NCBI GenBank assembly: GCA_010093815.1
Contig: ML996584.1
Length of the DNA stretch: 64,000 nucleotides
Origin: Pseudovirgaria hyperparasitica
Taxonomy: Eukaryota
Reading direction: 5' to 3' (one strand)
Under the pieces are notes generated by a model. The model was not told the origin of the DNA and made no database searches. It saw only the letters and a list, made by a program, of their open reading frames with translations. A program made the position numbers and the translations under genes. The stretch's first letter is position 1, and every line of letters begins with the position of its first letter. Below are positions 1 to 13,513 of this stretch, piece by piece.

Positions 1-58
1 AGAATATACTCTATTATTCTATCTAACTATACTACTATCTAATAACTCTATTCTTATA
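1..58 (+). repeat. 3' end of the 5' LTR
   Basis: agaatatactctattattctatctaactatactactatctaataactctattcttata matches 7032-7089 with one mismatch. Confidence 0.9.
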
Positions 59-3000
59 TTTAAATTACTCTCTATATAGTACTATAGTTAAGATAGTCTA
101 ACTAGAACTAAGAAGGTCGATATAATCTACTATAGAGATAAGTAATACTATATTAAATAATAGAGATCCTCTATAATTAGTATTAATTCTAGCCATTTCT
201 AACTAAGAAGTAGAGATATTAGACTAAATCACGGAGCTTTTAGACGAAGAAATAGTAGATACGCTAAGTAACTTCTAATAATATAAAACTAGATAATAAG
301 TCGTGACGGAGCCATATAAGGTATTATAATAAACTATTACTAAACTTTAGAAATATATCGCGAATTAGACTTAAGAGATTTAAACCCTTAAAGAATAGAT
401 AGAACGCACGAAACTCCTTGTAAAGAGACGAGAACTTAAGGAGTCTCTTAAAGAACTACGCCGAACGATAGTAGATAGACGACTTTCTATACTAATTTAG
501 GCGGAATTAGTTTACCTACTATTAGAGTTATAATAATCTACTATATACCTAGCCGCTTCGTTACCGATTTACCCTACTTCTTCTCTAGATATACTAAAAT
601 CTAAAGACCTAACTATATTTATAGAGAAGAACTAAAAGGAGTAGAAAGACTAGAAGAGAGACTACGAAAAGTACTTCCTTAATAACCCTCTACTCTTTTC
701 TACTAAAGTATAACATATTTCATTCAGAGAACGATACCTAGACTTATAATCCCGCGATTAATAGAATAGATAGAAGGAATTATAGCTACTATCTACGATA
801 ACCTAGAAATATTTAGCTATATTTATACTAAACACCCTCAGAACAGATAGAGAACATAAAAGAAAGACACTATCTAAGTTAAGAAGCGTAGTATAACGAC
901 CGAACTAGATATCTACTTAACTACTATAATACCTCTAAAACCTATAGAATAATATCCCTACGCTATAGAAAAATATTTATATATTCTAGTTTTACGAAGT
1001 ACTACTTCTATTAATCCGTAAAAGACTAGAAATAGTATTATTAAGTTTTAACTATCTATATAAATTAGAGGAGAAAGCTAATAAATACTACCGTATCCTT
1101 AAGGAACGTGGCTCTCTAGGTAAAACCGACAAACTCTATACGGGTTAGAAACGAGGTTAATCGAATACGTTCGATTAAGAGTAACCTTACCGCGATTAGT
1201 ACTAGAAGAGCGTAAATCGGGGTAGAAACGCGTTAAGAGAATACTAAAATAATTAAGGCGGTACTTCTTAATATAGAAAAGGATAAGATATAGACTTAAA
1301 TATAACGCCTATTATAAAATAGTAGGATTATAGCGTACTTCGTTACTATAAGTATAGAGAAATAGAATATATTTTATCTAACTATAAGAATCTAAAAAAA
1401 GAGTAGGCTAGTATATAAGATCTAACCGTATTCTTAGCTAAATTATATATACTTAGAAGAAGCCGTAGCGCCTTCCGGCGAGTAAAGACCTAATATTATT
1501 AAAAGTATTATTACCTATAGTAAATAGTAATAAAACTATATAGGCCCTCGTAGATACTAGTATAGAAGATAATTATATTTTATTAATTCTTATAAAGGAG
1601 TATAGATTATCGTATAATCTTAGTAAAGTTAGCCGAACTATTATAGTTAATAGATATAAAGTTAGAACTTTAGATAAAGCTATAATAAATTACGAAGTTT
1701 ATAACTTAAAGATAATAAAATAGTAGATATCTAATAAATTTATTATAGCTAATATTAGCTAATAGAATATGATTCTAGGGATGCCTTAGCTTAGACGCCT
1801 AAACTCTATCCTTAATTTTTAGAAGAAGATATTAACGTTCTAATAATACTATAGTAAATTATACTAGTAAGTTATAACTATTAGTAAGGAGATATAGAAC
1901 CTCGCTATATGGACCCGATTATCGCTAATCTATCTTACGTCCTTATTAATTATTAATAAAGATAAGAATAATAGTAATAATTAGGGCGAAGACACGCTAC
2001 CCGACGTATATTCATAGTATATAGATATATTTTTAGTAGAAGATATATTACTTCTCCCTAATTATAGGCCGTATAAGCTAAAGATTAAGCTTAAAGAGAG
2101 AGTAGACATCCCTTATAGTCTACTTTACCTACTTTCGAGACTAGAACTTAAAGTTCTTTATAAATATATTAAAGAATACCTCGGAAGAGGCTAGATATAT
2201 TATAGTATATTATTAGCTAGTATATCTATTCTCTTTATAAAGAAGAAAGACAGAAGTTTATATCTATACGTCGACTATTAGGTACTAAATATAGTAACTA
2301 AGAAGAATTATTATCTATTACCGCTAGTTAGTAAATCTTTAGACTAATTAATAAAGGTAAAGTACTTTATAAAGCTAGATTTATAAGATATATATTACTA
2401 GCTTTGAATTCGTCGTAGAGATAAGTAGAAAACTATATTTCGGACTAGATATAGTTATTTTAAGTATACTATTATACCATTCGGGCTAATAAATATACTA
2501 GGAGCGTTTTAAGGATATATTAATACTATACTTATAGAATTACTTAACGTAATTTATGTAGTTTACCTTAATAATATACTAATTTACTCTAATAGTATAT
2601 AGAATTATAAAGAACACGTGAAATCGGTACTAAATTATCTAAGATAGTATAAACTCTACGTAAAATTATCTAAATACGAGTTTTACTAATAAGAAGTTAG
2701 GTTTCTTAGCTTTATTATAATATATAGCGGCCTAAAAATAGAGCTAGAGCGTATAAAGACCATTATAGAATAGCTAAAACCTACTACTATACGTTAAATT
2801 AGAATATTTATAGGTTTTATAAACTATTATTATAAATTTATTATAGACTTCTTATAAATTATAGCGCCGCTTAATAAACTTATAGAGAATAGCGGTAAAA
2901 TCCCTATAGGTAGGCGAGTATAGTATAAAGCTAAGTCGGTTAAGATATAGTTAACACCGGAAGCGCGAGATATATTCTAATTATTAAAGAATTACTTTAT

Positions 3001-6000
3001 AACTACGCCGATTCTTAGGTATTTTAATTCTAAGAAGTATATTCGGGTCGAAACTAACGCGTTAGAATTTATAATTACTAGAATTATTAGTTAACCGTAT
3101 AAAGATACGAAAGATAAGGTATAATAGTATCTAATTACTTTCTTTTTCTATAAAATAGCGGATATAGAGACGCGTTATAATATATATAACTAGGAACTAC
3201 TTATAATTATTAAGAGTTTTAAGTAATAGCGATATTATTTAGAAGGCTCTATATATTAGATTAAATTATTATCGGATNNNNNNNNNNNNNNNNNNNNNNN
3301 NNNNNNNNNNNNNNNNNNNNNNNNNNNNNNNNNNNNNNNNNNNNNNNNNNNNNNNNNNNNNNNNNNNNNNNNNNNNNNNNNNNNNNNNNNNNNNNNNNNN
3401 NNNNNNNNNNNNNNNNNNNNNNNNNNNNNNNNNNNNNNNNNNNNNNNNNNNNNNNNNNNNNNNNNNNNNNNNNNNNNNNNNNNNNNNNNNNNNNNNNNNN
3501 NNNNNNNNNNNNNNNNNATATATTAGTAAAGAAAGTTATAAGTATAAAAGAAAGCGCTATAGATCTACCGTAGTTATTAAGGTAGGAATAATAATTAGAC
3601 GCGATCTACTTCTAAGGCCGACTCTACGTACTAGAAGACGGCTTATAAATTAATATTTTAAGGGAATAGCACGATTACGCGTTAGTAGGGCACTTTAGTA
3701 TTATAAGAACGGTTAATTTAATCTAAAGGATATATAACTAGCCGGGTCTTTATAAATATATAAAAGACTATATAAAAACGTATAACGTTTACTAGTATAC
3801 GAAAGTATATAGACACTTACTATATAGTAAATTAAGGCTATTACCTATACTAAAGAAGGCATAGAAGGAATTATCGATAGATTTTATTATAGATCTACCC
3901 CTAAGTAAGTATTCTAGATATATTTATAATAGTTTACTTATAGTTTTAGATAGATTTATAAAGATATTATACTATATCTCTATAAGGAAGATAATCTAAG
4001 TACTAGATCTTATAGATATACTACTCCGTAATATAGTTCGGCTCTATAGTATACTAAATAGTATAGTTTCGGATAGAGGCCTATAGATAACGTCTAAATT
4101 TTAGAAGGATTTCTACTATACGCTAGGAATTAAGCGGAAACTTAGTACTATATTCTATCTATAAATAGATAGGTAGACGGAGCGGTAGAATTAGATAGTC
4201 GAGGCGTATTTATACGTATATTATAACTATAAGTAGAATAACTAGATAAGGTTAGTTTATATTGCGGAATTCGCGTATAATAATAGCTAATATATATTAA
4301 CCTACGTAAGTCTATTTAAAGTAAACTTCGGTTAGAACTATAATATATAGTTCTTAGGGACTTAGTTTAAAGTAGAATAACCTAATATTAAAGTAATAGA
4401 AATTACTATAGAACTATTCTAAACGTAAAGAAGTATTATAAAGTTACTATAAGATACTACGGATTATAGTAAATCGCACTATAATAAGGGTAGAAAACCT
4501 ATAATCTTTAATATTAGGGATAAAGTTTTACTAAATAGTAAGAATATTTATAGTATTAGGCTAAAGAAGAAGCTTAACTATATAATAGTAGGTCTATATA
4601 AGATTACTCGTGTAATTAATAACTAGGTATATAAATTATAACTTCCTTCTATATTAAAGATATATAATATATTCTATATTATACTTCTTAAGCTATTTTA
4701 TACCTTATCGTTACCGGATTATTCTAAATAGATACTATATAAAGTAGTTATATAAGAAGGTATAGATATCTATAAAGTTAAGTAGATACTTAGCTAGTAA
4801 CACGCCGAAGATAGTACGTGGCTATATAAGATTTATTAGAAAGAATATAATTCTAATAAAAATACTTAGGAATCTATAATAAATATTAGTAAAGTAGTAA
4901 TATTAGTATATAAGTAGCGATTAGTAAAGGAAGCCGCGGAATTATAGAGAATTATACTAAAGTATAGTAATTTAACATTTTTTAGTATAGTTTAGTACTA
5001 AGGACGGCCGCCTAAAAGGAAGAAGGTAAAAGAGATATAGATCTTTAAAACATTCTAAGGAATTAAGGAACTTCCTTAGAAAGTTTAAACTTAGAACTTT
5101 AAAAAATTTAACTAAAAAAGAGACTTAGAAAAATAATTTACTAAGAGAAATGGACATTAAAAATCGGTGCCGATCGGTATAGATTAGTATAGATTACTAA
5201 AGAGATTAAAGAAGTTATTATTAAAGAAAGATAAAATTAAGAAAGCTAAAAGAAAATATAAAGATCTATATAGATCTATATAAACTCGTACTAATCTATC
5301 TAGAAGAAGTAAGATTACTTTAAAATTAAAACTAAAAAACTAAAAACGCTAGATAAAAGAGATATATTAGTACTAATTAGTATAGATCTAAACCGATTAA
5401 GTCGGAGTAGAAGTAGAAGTACTAATTACTACGATAGTTATATCTAATTCCTTTCGCTAGTTCTTATTTAGTATAGTATAGAGCTTTATAATATAAGTCT
5501 CTAGCCTTTTATTCCGACGCTATAAATTCTATATAGCGCGCCTTATAGCTATAAACTCCTCTATAGAAACCTACGGAGTAGCGGGACCCGGGATAGAGAG
5601 GGATAGACTAGCGCGGGTACGCTAAGAATTATATAAATTAGTAAAAAGATTTAACGATTAGTATAGAACTATATACCTTTAGTATAGAAACTTCTAGATT
5701 AGAGCTATCTTCCCTAATTTTACGGCTCTTTAGCACGCGTGAGAAAGGAACCTTAGCCTTTTTACTAGAACCTTTTCTAGGAATTTTATATTACCGGTAT
5801 ATAGAAAGAAGTCCGAAGTAATAGAGATTTTAGTACTATTATAGAGATTAATATATATTAGTAAGAATCTATAATAATTTAAGAAAAATAATAATACCTA
5901 GTAATCGCGGTAATAATAGCTATAGTAGATTCTAATAAATCCTTACAGATCTTATTAGAATCGTACTCCTAGGCGTAACCCTTACCTTAGATATATAGCT

Positions 6001-6861
6001 TATAGAAAGCCTTCTCTAAGGCATTATAATTAGTAGTACTATACTCCTTATTAGTAGGGGTTACTAGAGGCCTAGTAGTAATCTATACTAATATAAGTAA
6101 ATCTATATAAAGTTCTTCGAACTTACTTAAATATCTATAAATAATAATACTTCTTAGTTATATAAGTACTATATATTATAGATTTAGTACTACTATAAGT
6201 AATATATAATAGAAAGCGATAACTATAATAATATATAGCTAGATTATTAGAGCCCGGCCTAGGTCGGGGTAGATTAATAGCTTTTAATATATTAGTAACG
6301 TATATAAGATAGGGATTATTTAAAGATATCTATTTCTATACTAATTACTTTAGAGTATTAAGATTTTAGGAAACTATATTATAATTATTACTAATTTATA
6401 TAGATTATTATAAATTATACTATTACTAGCTAAGGATAGTATAAAAATTAGTAAATTATATAAATCGTACTAAATTATAGTAAATCTATATAAATCTATA
6501 TCTATAAGGATCGGGTGATATACCTAATAATCTAAAAAACTCTATAAAGAGTTAAGAAGTTTTTTAAAGAAAGGAATATTTCTAAGAAAAGATTTTAATA
6601 TAGGTAGTACCCGGGCTTATCTAATTATATTACATAATATACTAGGCCTAATTAGGTAATCTCACCTATATAAGAAGTTAGAATAGATAAAATCTAGTTT
6701 ATTAGGAAAACGCTTATATAAATCTTAGATTAGTAAATATTAGTAAATATCTAAGATGAAGCGTAGAGAACGACTAAGGTCTTACGAGACTTAGGATAGG
6801 GATATAGAGATAGATAATAATCTAGGTCGCTAAGGGTAGCTTCCTAGAGAGAAGGGATAAT

Positions 6862-7089
6862 TATTAGAACTTAGCCTTAGGTAGAACCTAATCTATATAT
6901 ATCTTAGCTAATAGAGTTAGGAGGTGACGTAAAGGGCGGTAAATAGTTACGTGCTAGATAGATTAGTATCTCTTTATATATATACTCTCGGATTCCTACC
7001 GAAAGGGTTCGGTAGTAATTCGTTCTATAATAGAATATACCCTATTATTCTATCTAACTATACTACTATCTAATAACTCTATTCTTATA
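6862..7089 (+). repeat. 3' LTR (~228 bp)
   Basis: Follows a polypurine tract (agagagaaggga, ~6847-6858). Ends TATTAGAA...TTCTTATA fit RIP-mutated TG...CA termini. Last 58 nt match the window start. Confidence 0.8.
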
Positions 7090-8610
7090 CTAGGCTATTA
7101 TTTTAAGTCTTAAGCTTAGCTATACGCGTCTCTAATTATCTAATATTAGCTATTAGCTATTCTATAGACTATACTTATAAGAATAGTAGATCTTAAGCCT
7201 TATTTAATAGCTTACTATTAGATTAGAGTACCTCTACTCTATAGTATATATCTTAAGAGCTATAAGATATATTAGCTAGATCCCGTTACTATATAGATAG
7301 AGATAGAGTCCTTAGGTACTTACCTAAATTAGATAATATAAAAGAACTATTTATCCCTTTTAAGCGATTAAACGGGTATAGCTCTATAGCTCTCTATCCT
7401 TCTATAATCTAAGATAGTTATAGCTATTATTTCTAAGTCTTATAGTAGTACTTAATAAATTAAAGCTTCTTTAGTAGAGCCTTATTATTAAGATATATTA
7501 ATTTATTAAGAAGATTACGATATTTCCTCTTTAGGCTAGAAAAATAACCTAAGTTAAGTAGCTATAGTATATAGCTAGTATAAGTAGGTAAATAGACTAT
7601 ATAGATTCTATTTACCTAGTATATATACGCGAAGTTAATCTCTATATAGCTTCTATAGCTATTAACTAATAGAAGTCTTTACTTTTCTTCTAGAATCTTT
7701 ATCTCTAGTATAAATATACTCTATAGCTACTTTAGAGTAATCTAATTTAACGTCTAACTATATAGAGATACTATATATATCTAATTAGAAGGATTATCTA
7801 GGAACTAGGTAGTCTAAATTATCTTCCCTTTAAATATAATTATAGAATAAAGCTTCTATTCTATTATAGATATATACTCTATAATTAAGGTCTATTTACG
7901 ATTAGTAGGACCCTAAATATATATATTTTTATACTTAGAATTAACTTCTATCTCTTCTACACGGTACTAACTAGTTATAACCCCTTAGACTATATCTTAT
8001 TTATCTATATTCTAATAGTAATTAGGCGGGATATTAAATTTAGAGTAGATCTAATTATATAATATATAGAACGCGTTAATTATATTATAGATAGCGGCCT
8101 ATATCTATTCCTTATTAAGGGCCTTACTAAGGAGTATTTTAATACGTATATTCTATATTAGGAACTTTATAATCTATCTCTTACCTAATTTAACTATTTC
8201 TCCGGATATAGCCGCGATTTTAATTACTATATTATAGATAATTACGTAGCTTAGGGCTATCTATACCTAATCTAAGTAGATTATCTAATTATATAGGTCC
8301 TTCTCTTAATTAGGAGATAGTATTTAAAGATAATAATTAGCTACTTAGCGCGAGCCTTACTATCTATTAAGGCGTTTTTAAAGAGTAGAGTATAGGATAC
8401 TATAGGCGGTAGTAATGGCCCGGATCAATATATAGAGATAACGATAGTAATAGTAAATAGCTATTAAGAGATTATCTTCTAAATAAGGTATTATAAGAAG
8501 GTAGAGGAGGCGTGGTTATTAAGTATTTTAAGATTAAAGATTGAGTACGCGTGTAGACGCGTACTCAAATCACGTGGTTCATTAGTGGGTTGGCTCATTA
8601 GTGGGTACGT
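7090..8610 (-). mobile_element. RIP-inactivated Fot1/pogo-type (Tc1/mariner superfamily) DNA transposon, 5' part, interrupted by the gypsy element
   Basis: Minus strand near 8425-8300 reads 'IRAITTAYSILYSTL*KRLN', resembling the N-terminal HTH of pogo transposases; DDE_1-like stretches follow. Putative TIR ACGTACCCACTAATGAGCCAACCCACTAATGAACCA (8575-8610) starts with ACGT and has an internal direct repeat, as in Fot1/Tan1-like TIRs. Confidence 0.75.
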
Positions 8611-8799
8611 CAACTTATGTCGCGTCACGAACCAGCTATCTGAATGCTTCCATCAACACCCAACCCATAATATCCTAACCCTTCGCGCCTTGTTACTAAC
8701 CGCTATCGCTTCTTTACCCAATCAGTGAACTCTGTATTACCTGTTCTCTTCAGCGCGACTCGGGCCGCCTAGCATCCTACGCACTGATGAAATCCGATG

Positions 8800-8870
8800 C
8801 GATGAACGAGATCTGCCATCACGATGAACGAGATCTGCCATCACGATGAACGAGATCTGCCATCACGATG
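8800..8870 (+). repeat. 22-bp tandem repeat, 3 perfect copies (cgatgaacgagatctgccatca)
   Basis: Units at 8800, 8822, 8844 plus a partial copy. Confidence 0.95.
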
Positions 8871-9495
8871 GACAACATAGGCCTTGCCGATTGAGGCTCA
8901 AATTAGCTGCTCACACGGTGCCCTCAGAGAAGCGACGGACCGAGAGTCATGTCCGGTGATTAGTGGATCTCACTTGAACAACCTTGCGGGAGGATGGAGC
9001 CGCTGCTTTTCCCACGCCATACAGGAGTGATTTGCACCTTTCAGATGGTTAGCCAAAGATCTTGGCTCTTGTCGTTCGTAGGATTCATCAGCCTTAGATG
9101 TACTAATCCTAAGTTGATATCTCTAGAGGTATGTTGTACTACACGCCTTTTATTTTTCAGTGATGATATGCATCCCAGCGGCTACTCTACGACCCTTCCG
9201 TTGATCGGTTCACTTCAGCCCTGAGTTCATTGACGAGTAGCATGGATCTATAGCTAAACGGCTCAATGCCTGATTCACGAGGGCGACGTAGTATCTTCAA
9301 ACATAGACCCCTTGGCGCCGCCCTTTAAGCCTGTTGCATACTCTTCACTCTAATCTGCCCGCTGCTCGAAATGTGCATACACCAAAACCAACCTCAGGGA
9401 TATTAGATCCAACTGGATATATCTACTCAGCATGTCTCATTGAGTGTTCACACGGCGATCCTCGCTCTATATCTGAATCCTGAGAAGTTAGTGCT

Positions 9496-10523
9496 ATGGA
9501 GTACTACGACTTCAAAGATACCGAAACGCACTGGTCCCTGTCTTCAGCTTCAACCTCATCACCTGTTTTGGCAGATCAAGTCTCGACAGTCGACTTTTCC
9601 GACTATCTTAAAGTACCTGGAGAAGACCTATACATCCGTCCAGCCTCCCGCATCTCGACTCCTCGCGCGGCAGATACTCTCTCATCACCAGAATCCAACT
9701 CGGACAATCCAGCACCTCTCCAACCCAAGAGACAAAGCCAACACCCTCCCCACCAAACCCGCTCATCCTCCTCCCCATCACCATCCTGGTTCAACCATCT
9801 CCGCCCAAAAGCATACCTCCCCCTCCCAACACCCTCAAACATGACAGGCGCAACGCCCGTAAGTCGATTCCCCACGAGTAGACAAGCCATATATCCACCA
9901 AATCCTGACATTCCCACATTCCCAAAAACCCAGTCCGAAGTCGACCAACTCGTCCACTCCCTCCGCACCCACCGCGTAAACACCCTCGTCGAGCTCCGCC
10001 GCATCGAAAAGGTCTTCGCAAGCCTCTCCGGCCACGCCGCCGCCGACGTCGGCCAGTCCATGACAGCCGCCTGGTCGCACTACGTCAACTCGCACGCCCT
10101 CCTCTCCGAGCTGCGCGCCATTACCAAAAACTACCCCTTTAGGTAAATTATGCTTCCTCCCCCTCTCCGCTCTATCCCTTTCTCCATCCATCCATCCATC
10201 CATCCATCCAACGACTCTAACCACCACCAACCCACAAAAACAGCTCCGCCGCCATCGAAGACGCAAAACGCCGCGTCTACGCCGACCCCCAGAGCAATCG
10301 CAGCTGGAACTTCTGCTGGCTTGTCCTGCACAAGATTCAGGCTGACCAGCTTGTCCCGCTGTATGCCCATGCCCAGGCTGCTGATCCGGCCATGTGGGGC
10401 GGCGGAAGCAATGTGGTGCCGGAGCCGGAGCATGTGCAGAGGCTGGCGGCGGCGTTTATGGCGGAGTGGAATTGGGCGGTTAGTTCGTTGTTGAGGTGTT
10501 GGGATAGGGCACCTGTGAGGTGA
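9496..10523 (+). CDS. Fungal hypothetical protein, 2 exons
   Basis: ORF 9496-10142, intron 10143-10243 (gtaaat..ctaac..cag), exon 2 continues in frame 'SSAAIEDAKRRVYADPQSNRSWNFCWLVL...WDRAPVR*'. Confidence 0.75.
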
Positions 10524-10982
10524 GGGAATGGAGAAGGGGGGGTTGTGAGGCAGGGTTGATAGATCACGACTGCGCTGGGCGTGGGATCGTGGGGTTCAGC
10601 GAAGTGCTGTTTTCTTATATCTCGTATAGATAGCTTTATCTTCAGTATTTCATGATCTGTGCTTCATCACCTTCCTTTCGTCACTCTTTCATACTCTTAC
10701 CCCCTACATTATATATAAACCACGACAACCCAACCCCCTCCACAACTCATACGGCAAGACCAAATCCCCTACGACTCCAAGCCCAATGTACAAAAAGGTA
10801 TTAAGTAAGATAGAGTAAGATGAAATAACAAAACAGTATGTTCATGAATGGGCGTTGATCACATGCTGCGCAAAGACCTTAGGAATCGTATCATTGGGCG
10901 TGTCGTAGTGGAAGGCTGAGGGTTGAATGTGAATGGGAAAGGCTGGTTTGTGCTGCTGTGTGCTGCTGTTTTGGTGTTTAGA

Positions 10983-11201
10983 GGTGTGTTTTGGTGTGTT
11001 TTGGTGTGTTTTGGTGTGTTTTGGTGTGTTTTGGTGTGTTTTGGTGTGTTTTGGTGTGTTTTGGTGTGTTTTGGTGTNNNNNNNNNNNNNNNNNNNNNNN
11101 NNNNNNNTGGTGTGTTTTGGTGTGTTTTGGTGTGTTTTGGTGTGTTTTGGTGTGTTTTGGTGTGTTTTGGTGTGTTTTGGTGTGTTTTGGTGTGTTTTGG
11201 T
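10983..11201 (+). repeat. 10-bp minisatellite (GGTGTGTTTT)n with internal assembly gap
   Basis: About 20 perfect units around an N gap at 11078-11106. Confidence 0.97.
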
Positions 11202-11677
11202 GCGTGAAGTGGTAGTAGTACGGCAGTGTTAAGATCCTGAGCGTTCACAAGGCAGGACTGTAACGTAGTGAAGCACCTCTTATGTCGAGAACTAAATCTG
11301 AAAGGTCGTGTTCTGTTCCTTGTGTGATATTCAATCTACATACTAGGGATGTGAATGAGCTAACCCACACATATCTCAGTCATGATCATCACATGGCGGA
11401 GCACAACAAGAGATGAGATCAACCAGGTCAGAAAGTTATGAAGCGCAAAGTATTGTTAACTAAAACCTGCCTATACTATGTGCCTTTGCAAGGCATGTCC
11501 ATGTCTCGAATGCATCTAATCAAGGTCCCTTTTTCCATGCCGCCGCAATATCTAGCTTCACTATCAAGCCTTCCGACACACTAGCCAGTCGAAGATTCCG
11601 CGTTATGTGAGACTTGATAACCACGCAACGCCCCTCTGGGTAGCCCCCCAACTCACCCACTAAGTACTGTCTACCGC

Positions 11678-12906
11678 CTAATAGGCGATGTCTCCATCTA
11701 CAATCGTCTCCATGGCCTGGCTGAACCACTCGGAGCACTGACCCGCCTCCGGCGCAACCGGCGGAAGCTCTCCGATCTCTTTGACTGTGGACGTGTCCAC
11801 GCGGTACAGCATCGGAAGCTCCCGATTCGGAATCTTGTCCTTCAGGCCCCGGACCGCGCTGACCCGCTCAGCCCACTCCCTCTTCTCCCTCTTGTTCTCC
11901 AGAATGTAGAAGTCGGCGTCTACGGCCATCCACATGAGGATGTAGTAGTCTCGGTACATGAAATCCGTGCTGTTGCTGAACGCTTCGTTGATTGCGTTGT
12001 TGTAGGAGACGTGGAGTGCTGTGGGCCCGAGCTGGGCGCGTTTCTGGGCGCGGAGCATGGCGATGTTGAAGATGTTCTGGAGGGAGCCTGGGTCGAAGCT
12101 GTGGTTGAGGTCAAAGTTGCGGTACCATACCATGCGTACGGCCTCTATTGGGCTTTTCTTCTGGGCTTGGAACTTGTTGCTGCGGACCATGGCGCGCATT
12201 CTGGCGGACGACTGGTAGATGGCGTGAGTGCAGTCTTCTGGAACACTGTGCGATCATGTTAGCAAAATGAGATGACTGTTTTGAGTGGTAATCGCTTACA
12301 AGAGCGGGTGTGTTGCCGCGCGAGACTCAGCCCTATTTTGATGTCAGTGAGGTTCATACCAGTGCTGCCGAACACTCACGGGTAAGGCCCAGACTTGCTG
12401 GACGTGACAGTTGAAGACCTAGAAATGGAAGAAGATCTGGCGAGCATCTTCTCTTCGAATAAGTCTTTCCTGTTATCGCTAGACTTTGGGTCGACAACTG
12501 GCCTCTTGAAAGATCCATATCCTCCTGTACCTCTTTCATCCAGCGACATATCTTGATTTGTTGGATACTTCGCTCTGGCTCCCTTTCCATTGGCCTTCTG
12601 TCCGGCATCACCTTTTTTCTTGAGACAGCCTTCGTCGTCATAACTCAATATAGAATCGTGACTCATGCTCTTTGCCCTTCCCCTCTCACGGTCTGGATCC
12701 CTATAGTTGCGCTGCTTTTTACCTCTATGAGGCATGTGCTCCCGAGATGAACGATTGGGGCTCTCATGACGGCGCGACATCTCAGGGCGACGTCCTCTCT
12801 GAAATGCCCTCGGTCGTAGAGGCACCCAGCGGCGTGGAGGTGACCGGCGATTGTGGCGAGCATAGTCATGTCTCTCATGTCTGGCAGGCCGTACCCAGGT
12901 AGCCAT
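11678..12906 (-). CDS. Hypothetical protein, 3 exons, Arg/Ser-rich N-terminus
   Basis: ORFs 12376-12930 and 11678-12199 can be joined by two short introns (gtgagt..ctgac..tag ~12378-12332; gtaagc..gctaac..cag ~12299-12246). First ATG at 12906. Confidence 0.55.
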
Positions 12907-13513
12907 GTCTTGGACTATATACTTATCCACCTGAGAAAAAATCTGCGAATTTGCTGTGCTTTACCACCCTGGTGATGGAAAAATTTGTCGCGTGTAATCA
13001 CAGATCTACAAACTGCTGCCGCGTAGAATCGCAGATTTGCTGAAAAACCGAAGTGAAGTAAACAGTGCATGGTCACACGTGACGTACAAGTTAGGCAGGG
13101 GCAAAGCGCAAACAACACGGCGGCAGCGGTAATTACGGGAAAGCGCTGGGACCTGCCACCTACAATCGTTCACTCGTACACCGTGCGCTCTTGAAGACTC
13201 TGTATCTAGACAATATCATGGAAGATGGAAACGATACTTTTTGGTGTAAAGCCAGATGAGTTGCACTTCACAGAACTATAGATATCCTCCGTTCCGCAAA
13301 TCACATCTCTGGACCCATAAGCAAGATTATCAGTCAAGTCTAGGAATGAGCAAAAGACGAAAATGATGTGACCAAAACATATGGGACGCACCGTCCTAAC
13401 AGAATTGACGTATTGACTTCGTAAAAAAGTAACTTTTTTGATCAAAAGCTCTTTACTCCGTAACAATGCATACATACTAGCGCCATACCGCAAAAATAAA
13501 AGACAAGTCGACT

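Larger units (their letters stand above)
1..7089 (+). mobile_element. RIP-inactivated Ty3/gypsy LTR retrotransposon (chromovirus); 5' LTR cut by the window edge
   Basis: Stop-riddled but readable pol motifs in gypsy order: protease ALVDTS (~1545), RT 'KTIFRTRYSYFKYTIIPFGL' and 'VVYLNNILIYS' (YLDD to YLNN, 2564-2575), RNase H 'ETNAL' and 'ELLII' (~3050-3210), integrase 'IDFIIDLP' and 'IVSDRG' (~3870-4080), chromodomain-like end (~4770-4880). Bases 1-58 recur at 7032-7089. Assembly gap at 3278-3517. Confidence 0.93.

Noticed and set aside
8800..8870. 22-bp repeats here and at 20823-20882 as CRISPR-like arrays
   Set aside because: No spacers or only 6-bp linkers, eukaryotic context, no cas genes
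10859..11248. ORFs with VFWCVLVCFG / HTKTHQNTPK repeats, or a telomeric array
   Set aside because: Translations of a 10-bp minisatellite spanning an N gap; the unit is not TTAGGG and the site is internal
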